Position numbers and translations under genes: made by a program. A DNA stretch of 64,000 nucleotides from Azolla caroliniana. Lineage: Eukaryota > Plantae > Polypodiophyta. The notes under the pieces were generated by a model, which saw nothing but the letters and a program-made list of their open reading frames with translations, had not been told where the DNA came from and searched no databases. The stretch's first letter is position 1; every line of letters starts with the position of its first letter. Of the stretch, positions 59,288 to 64,000 are shown in pieces. The stretch is from NCBI GenBank assembly GCA_043228905.1, contig JBHGNT010000006.1, forward strand, positions 16,554,001 through 16,618,000, given 5' to 3'.

Positions 59288-62200
59288 CTACACTACGACA
59301 CTCGCCCCCTCCAAACCCGCACATCCTCCGGTATGTGCCGAAGTTCTTGTTTCTTCGTATCCGTCTTCATCCGAAGCTTCCTCCGATTCTCCCCTTATGT
59401 CGACTATGAGTTGTAATCCACTTTCTTCGCTTCCCGCATCATTGTGGTCTTCGTCCGATTGCTCCTCGTTGTCGGCCTCGACTTGGATCACATAAGGTTT
59501 GTCGTCGGTCCGCTTCTTGAAAATCTTCACCCGCTTCCCGGCTATAGGCACTCGTAGTATTGTTCCATCCAACTCGGACAGTCGGTACGTCCCGTTGTCG
59601 AAGACCTTCCGAACCTCGTACGGCCCGAACCACCTTTTCGCGAATTTCCGCATCGTTGTATGTTGATGGTCCAAGCTACTATCATAGACGATCACCCAAT
59701 CTCCTTCTTCAATCCTCCTCGGTCGTAGTCGGTGCTTTGTGTCGAACCGGCTTTTGTTCCGGAACCGTGCTTCTTGTTGTCGGCGTGACGCTTCCACTAC
59801 ATCTTTCGGTCTTCCCTCCAGTTGTCGTATCCGGACCGCTAGTAGTTCTTCCCGGCTCATCTCTTCCTTCCATGGTAGTATTGTCCATGTCGCGATTGCT
59901 GTTTCCGTTGGCATTACCGGTGCTTGTCCGGTCATGAGTTCTGCCGGCATGTAACCGGTCACGGAGCTATGCGTCGTCCGATCCGCCCATAGTGCATACG
60001 GAAGCATTTGTGGCCAATCCTTCACCCTTCCGTCGCATGCCTTCGCAAGTGCTTTCACGATCGGGCTATGTCCTCGTTCGATCTTCCCGTTGGCCTCCGG
60101 ATTGTAGGCCGTTGTCATCGTTAACCGAACTCCATGTTTGGCGAAGAATCCCCTAGCTTTGTCCGAGTCGAGTTCTCCCCGGTCCGCAATCACTTGTCCT
60201 ACGCAGCCGTACCTACAAAACACTTCTTCCAAAAGAAATTGGCACACTGCAGCACACGTTTTCCTCCGAAGCGCTCGACCTTCAACTTGGTTTGTGAGAT
60301 CTTCTCGAGCTAACACCAAGTATTTCTTTTGTCCAATCCCGGTCGGCATAGCTACAATGTCGACCATCCACTTGAAGTTGATTGTCGGTGAGAATGTCGG
60401 ATGCAGCTCATCTCGGTGTCGGACCCCGGAGTAGACTTGACATTTCTCGCAGCTTTCTGTGAACTCCGCGACATCTTTATACATGTTCTTCCACCAATAT
60501 CTTTGCTTGATTTTCACAAAAGTTGCCCATGTTCCTCGATGTCCAGCCCAATCGGATTCGTGGAACTCGGACATTATCCGGTTTCGTTGCTCTTTCGTCC
60601 CGACTACTCGAAGTGGTATCCCATCCGGTCTTTTCGGCGTCCTCCATATTAAACCGTTTTCCAAGAAGAACTTTTGGACTTGCCTCTTCTTCCTTCGGAT
60701 CTCGGCTCTCCTTTCTTTATCATTGGTTGAATCCTCGACCTCTTGTAGCATCTTCCCGATCATCAAGGTTTCCCCCTCGTATTCTTCTTCCCGGAATTCT
60801 CGGATCACGTTCACTCGGCATATGTGTTCTGACGTGAAGTAGTCTTCGGAAACTTCTTCATTATCTGATTCGGTTATGTCGTCTTCAAACCGCGCCCTCG
60901 ATAACATGTCCGCTACCGCGTTGTCCTTCCCCGAGATGTGTCGAACCTCCGGATTAAGTGACTTGACATATGCAATCCACCTTAGCATAGCCACATCCGG
61001 TATCGTACAACACCGCATCATCCCGAGTATCGGAAGACAATCCGTCTCGATCACCACTTCAGCTCCGATCAAATAATCCCGATCCGATTTTATCGCCGAC
61101 ACGACTCCCCACAATTCTCTTTTGACTTGTGCATATCCGCGTTGCCTTTCGTTGAGGACCTTTGCTCCAAATCGGATGGGATACCGCGAACCATCCGAGT
61201 CGGCTTGATTGATGACCCACCCGATACCGGTTGGACTTGTATCAACCGTTACTATGATTGGCCGCTCGTAGCTTGGCTTCTTAAGTGATTCCGCCCTCCA
61301 TAGTGTCTTCTTGAGCTTCCTCATGGCTTTAGTGTGTTCCGGTTTCCACTCGAATTTCTTACCTTTCCGCAACAAGTGATAGAGCGGGTCCGCTATATGT
61401 GCATAGTGCGGAATCCATATGTGATAGAATGCACACGCACCCAGAAACCTTCGGACTTCCGATGTTGACTCACATACTTCCTTCATAGCTTGAATCGCAT
61501 CGATCTTTGTTGGTGACGGTCTTCGGCCGTAGGGTCCACATAGATGTCCGACCACCAATATTTCTTCTTGCCCGAATGCCGATTTCTCCCCGGAAAGTGT
61601 TAGGTGCACATCTTCTAGCTTTCGCAACACTTTCTCGCAATCATGAATATGGTCGACCACGAACTTTCGGCATCCCCGATCATCCATAGTCTCATCTTTT
61701 TCTTCCACCGCGCATCCTTTCATCGGAATGTCATCTAGAAACGGCATCGTTATCTCCGGGATGCAATCTCGAAGCACCTTGTTCATCGCGTTCATCATAT
61801 GTGCAACCGAGTTTGTCGCTCCTTGTGGTAGTGTGCACATTCGAACTAGTCCTATCGGTGTCCGCATGGTAGTGATGTCCCGGCTCTCCACGGCTAGTTG
61901 GAATTGGTCATACCCCGAGTATAGGTCCCCGATGGAGTATATCGCACGTCCGGCAAAAGCTTCCGCGAATTCGTCCACTATCGGACCGACTCCCGAGTTC
62001 CGGATCGTGACCTTGTTCACCGGTTGCAAGTCTTGGATGAATCGGAGTGACCCATTCTTCTTCGGAACCGTAAACCATCGATTTGAGTACGGAGCACTTG
62101 ATGGCTCTAGAATCCCCATCGCCACCTTCTCCTTGAGCAAGTCGATGACTTTCGGAATATGCGCCCGTGGCACCGGAATCGGCTTCAGGTTCCACGGTAC

Positions 62201-62755
62201 ATGATCAATCGTGAAAATCACCATCGGCTCCACTATCTTTGGATCAATGCATCCGATCTCCCTCGATGTGAACGCGAATGCTTTGCCATGTTGCTCCAAC
62301 ATCTCTCGAAACCGTTTTTCTTCTTCTTGTAAGAGGAACCCACCTCCACCGATCCGAAGTTTCTTCCGGGTCTCATCTGTGAAGGCATGTCCGATATCCA
62401 CGGACTTCCGAAGTGTCGGATCTCCCGAGACTTCTTTTTTCTTTTGTTCGCTATCGGCGGGTAGTGGTCCCGCGGCCGGTTTCACCTTCTTCTCCACGGT
62501 CTTGTATTTCGTACTTACCATTGCTTCTTCTTTGCGGAGCGCATCCGGCCCCATTTTCGCAACGATCTCGTACATCTCGACCGATTCCACCGGGACTACC
62601 CGGTTCCCTTGGCTTTTATCTTCCGCAAGCTCTTCAAGCCGTTGTAGTGTATTCCCATAGAACACTTCCTCGATCACTCCCACGATTTCTTCGTCTTCTT
62701 TTATTATTGATGCCGACCGTAACTTATCCTCCACTTGTCGGTATTGTTTCTTCAT
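59288..62755 (-). CDS. Intact RT-RNase H-integrase ORF, 1155 aa (frame open upstream to the frameshift site at 62899)
   Basis: DLYSGYDQF, FLDD, VDTSPTGIG, ETDC, HESDWAGH...CEKC, ADRGE, NGKIERGH, WFGPY. Confidence 0.95.
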   Translation of the reverse strand: MKKQYRQVEDKLRSASIIKEDEEIVGVIEEVFYGNTLQRLEELAEDKSQGNRVVPVESVEMYEIVAKMGPDALRKEEAMVSTKYKTVEKKVKPAAGPLPADSEQKKKEVSGDPTLRKSVDIGHAFTDETRKKLRIGGGGFLLQEEEKRFREMLEQHGKAFAFTSREIGCIDPKIVEPMVIFTIDHVPWNLKPIPVPRAHIPKVIDLLKEKVAMGILEPSSAPYSNRWFTVPKKNGSLRFIQDLQPVNKVTIRNSGVGPIVDEFAEAFAGRAIYSIGDLYSGYDQFQLAVESRDITTMRTPIGLVRMCTLPQGATNSVAHMMNAMNKVLRDCIPEITMPFLDDIPMKGCAVEEKDETMDDRGCRKFVVDHIHDCEKVLRKLEDVHLTLSGEKSAFGQEEILVVGHLCGPYGRRPSPTKIDAIQAMKEVCESTSEVRRFLGACAFYHIWIPHYAHIADPLYHLLRKGKKFEWKPEHTKAMRKLKKTLWRAESLKKPSYERPIIVTVDTSPTGIGWVINQADSDGSRYPIRFGAKVLNERQRGYAQVKRELWGVVSAIKSDRDYLIGAEVVIETDCLPILGMMRCCTIPDVAMLRWIAYVKSLNPEVRHISGKDNAVADMLSRARFEDDITESDNEEVSEDYFTSEHICRVNVIREFREEEYEGETLMIGKMLQEVEDSTNDKERRAEIRRKKRQVQKFFLENGLIWRTPKRPDGIPLRVVGTKEQRNRIMSEFHESDWAGHRGTWATFVKIKQRYWWKNMYKDVAEFTESCEKCQVYSGVRHRDELHPTFSPTINFKWMVDIVAMPTGIGQKKYLVLAREDLTNQVEGRALRRKTCAAVCQFLLEEVFCRYGCVGQVIADRGELDSDKARGFFAKHGVRLTMTTAYNPEANGKIERGHSPIVKALAKACDGRVKDWPQMLPYALWADRTTHSSVTGYMPAELMTGQAPVMPTETAIATWTILPWKEEMSREELLAVRIRQLEGRPKDVVEASRRQQEARFRNKSRFDTKHRLRPRRIEEGDWVIVYDSSLDHQHTTMRKFAKRWFGPYEVRKVFDNGTYRLSELDGTILRVPIAGKRVKIFKKRTDDKPYVIQVEADNEEQSDEDHNDAGSEESGLQLIVDIRGESEEASDEDGYEETRTSAHTGGCAGLEGASVVV

Positions 62756-62889
62756 TCCTCCGGTTACGGCCGTGTACGTAGATGCCCCATCCGGGCCGAT
62801 TCGTACTTGTTTTGCTCCGAGAGTTTTCTTCCTGTGTGGGGTATCAGGGCTTCTCGGACTATCACTTCCCCACTCCGCAACAGTCCGCT

Positions 62890-63999
62890 TTAAAAATCCA
62901 TTCTCACTTGGGACAAGAGTTCCCTCTTGTTCCTTTCGTGATTTGCCGGCACCGTTAGGAATTGGACGGATTTCCCTCCGTTTTGGCTCCGAATTCGCGC
63001 AAAAGCCGCACCACTATCGAGCACCTTCGTCTCCATCCGTGAAGCCGTGATAAAGGGTTGGCCGAGGATGACAGAATGTGAAACCTCATCCTGCACAAAG
63101 AAATTTTGGTCAATTTCGACATCCCCGATCTTTACCGTCACATCCGGACAAGCCGCAAACAGGTCTTCTGTCGTTTTCGTGGCTGCCCGAATCTTCCATC
63201 CATGGTTGGTGTTTATAGGCCACTTCCCCTTTCGGTAGAACTCCTTGGACATCAAGTTGATCTCCTATCCGTGATCAATCAATGCTAGCACGGGTTCTTT
63301 GATGTTGCCGATTCGGACCGGAGTCTCCGTAGTCGCACGTGCCCAGTGTGGCCTTGTATAGTGGGAGTTCGGAATTTCGCCTTCCACTTCGGTGTCGTTC
63401 ATTGAAACGGTATTTGCATTCACCCTTGGAGCATTTTCCTCCGTACTTTGTCTCTTCCTTTTCACGAGATCCACGAGAAGATCGTGAAACTCCTTCTTCG
63501 CTATTCCGAGTAGTTCCCGCAGCGAAAAATCTACCCGGCTATCCAAGATTCTTTCCTCGAACACTCTTTTCAAGTCGGTTTGTTGTTCTATGTCCGAGGC
63601 GAGCTTGAATGCCGGAGTCGCCTTTTCTTTTCCCTTACCTCCGGAGTTCCAGCTTTCCGGTATCTTCGATGGTCCGGCCGCATCCTCCGTGCGCCGTCGT
63701 TTCTCGTCCACATACACCTCATGTAATTGACACAGGGCGTATATGCTATTCTTGTCGACAGGGCACTCCCATCCCGTAGCTTCCCGGACGCCTTCCGCGG
63801 TGTTTCGGATATCGTTGGAGTCGGTTTTCTCGGTGTTTCCTAGCACCTCCGGCCAGAAAGACGCCTTCGCTCCCGATGACTCCCCGACACATATTCCCGC
63901 GGTTGTCGCATAGTTGCTTCTTGCCGCTAACTCCTCCTCGAGCACCTTCTTCATGCCGCCTTTCCGGAAGTTCGGTCGGAGTGGCTTCCGAGAGTCCAT
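62890..63999 (-). pseudogene. Gag C-terminus and protease (stop at the LIDHG* active site)
   Basis: HWARATTE, LIDHG*EIN, SVILGQPF; ends MDF* at GGATTTTTAA. Confidence 0.88.
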
Positions 64000-64000
64000 C

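Larger units (their letters stand above)
58488..64000 (-). mobile_element. Second Phygy-like gypsy element (3' part), running off the right edge of the window
   Basis: 3' LTR 58488-59300 (tgtcgt...acgaca), PPT 59301-59312, pol strongly homologous to 33050-36283. Confidence 0.93.

Overview
This 64-kb window contains no host genes. It is almost entirely a nest of plant-type LTR retrotransposons up to four layers deep, reconstructed from LTR termini, PBS/PPT and target-site duplications (TSDs). The lineage mix suggests a bryophyte or other non-flowering plant heterochromatic, possibly pericentromeric, region (inference). Left block: an old Tork-like copia (-, 584-38637) hosts a copia 'family C' element (-, 1236-29314, TSD ctttc) and a tRNA-Trp-primed gypsy (+, 29772-37233). 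The family C element hosts an Athila-like gypsy (-, 1629-16632) and a Tcn1-like chromovirus (-, 18078-25076, TSD cttat). The Athila-like 5' LTR hosts a young Tork-like copia (+, 10956-16350, TSD gatat). Right block: Athila-like remnants, several copia 'family A' copies, a non-coding Trp-primed element, a foldback repeat, an unassigned GC-rich ORF region and a second Trp-primed-type gypsy with an intact pol ORF. Most notable observations: (1) the Athila-like element has no polypurine tract but has a tRNA-Arg 3'-end sequence in its place, suggesting tRNA priming of both DNA strands; (2) tRNA-like Pol III A/B-box modules sit in the LTRs of two gypsy elements; (3) both of those elements share a GGAUUUU + hairpin -1 frameshift signal after the protease; (4) a 468-bp direct duplication flanks the Athila-like element; (5) a 36-nt tRNA-Trp read-through copy occurs in an aberrant insertion; (6) copia A/C carries a duplicated PPT with a read-through Pol tail. 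Lineage names and tRNA identities come from recalled family knowledge, not database searches. Mismatch counts were done by eye.
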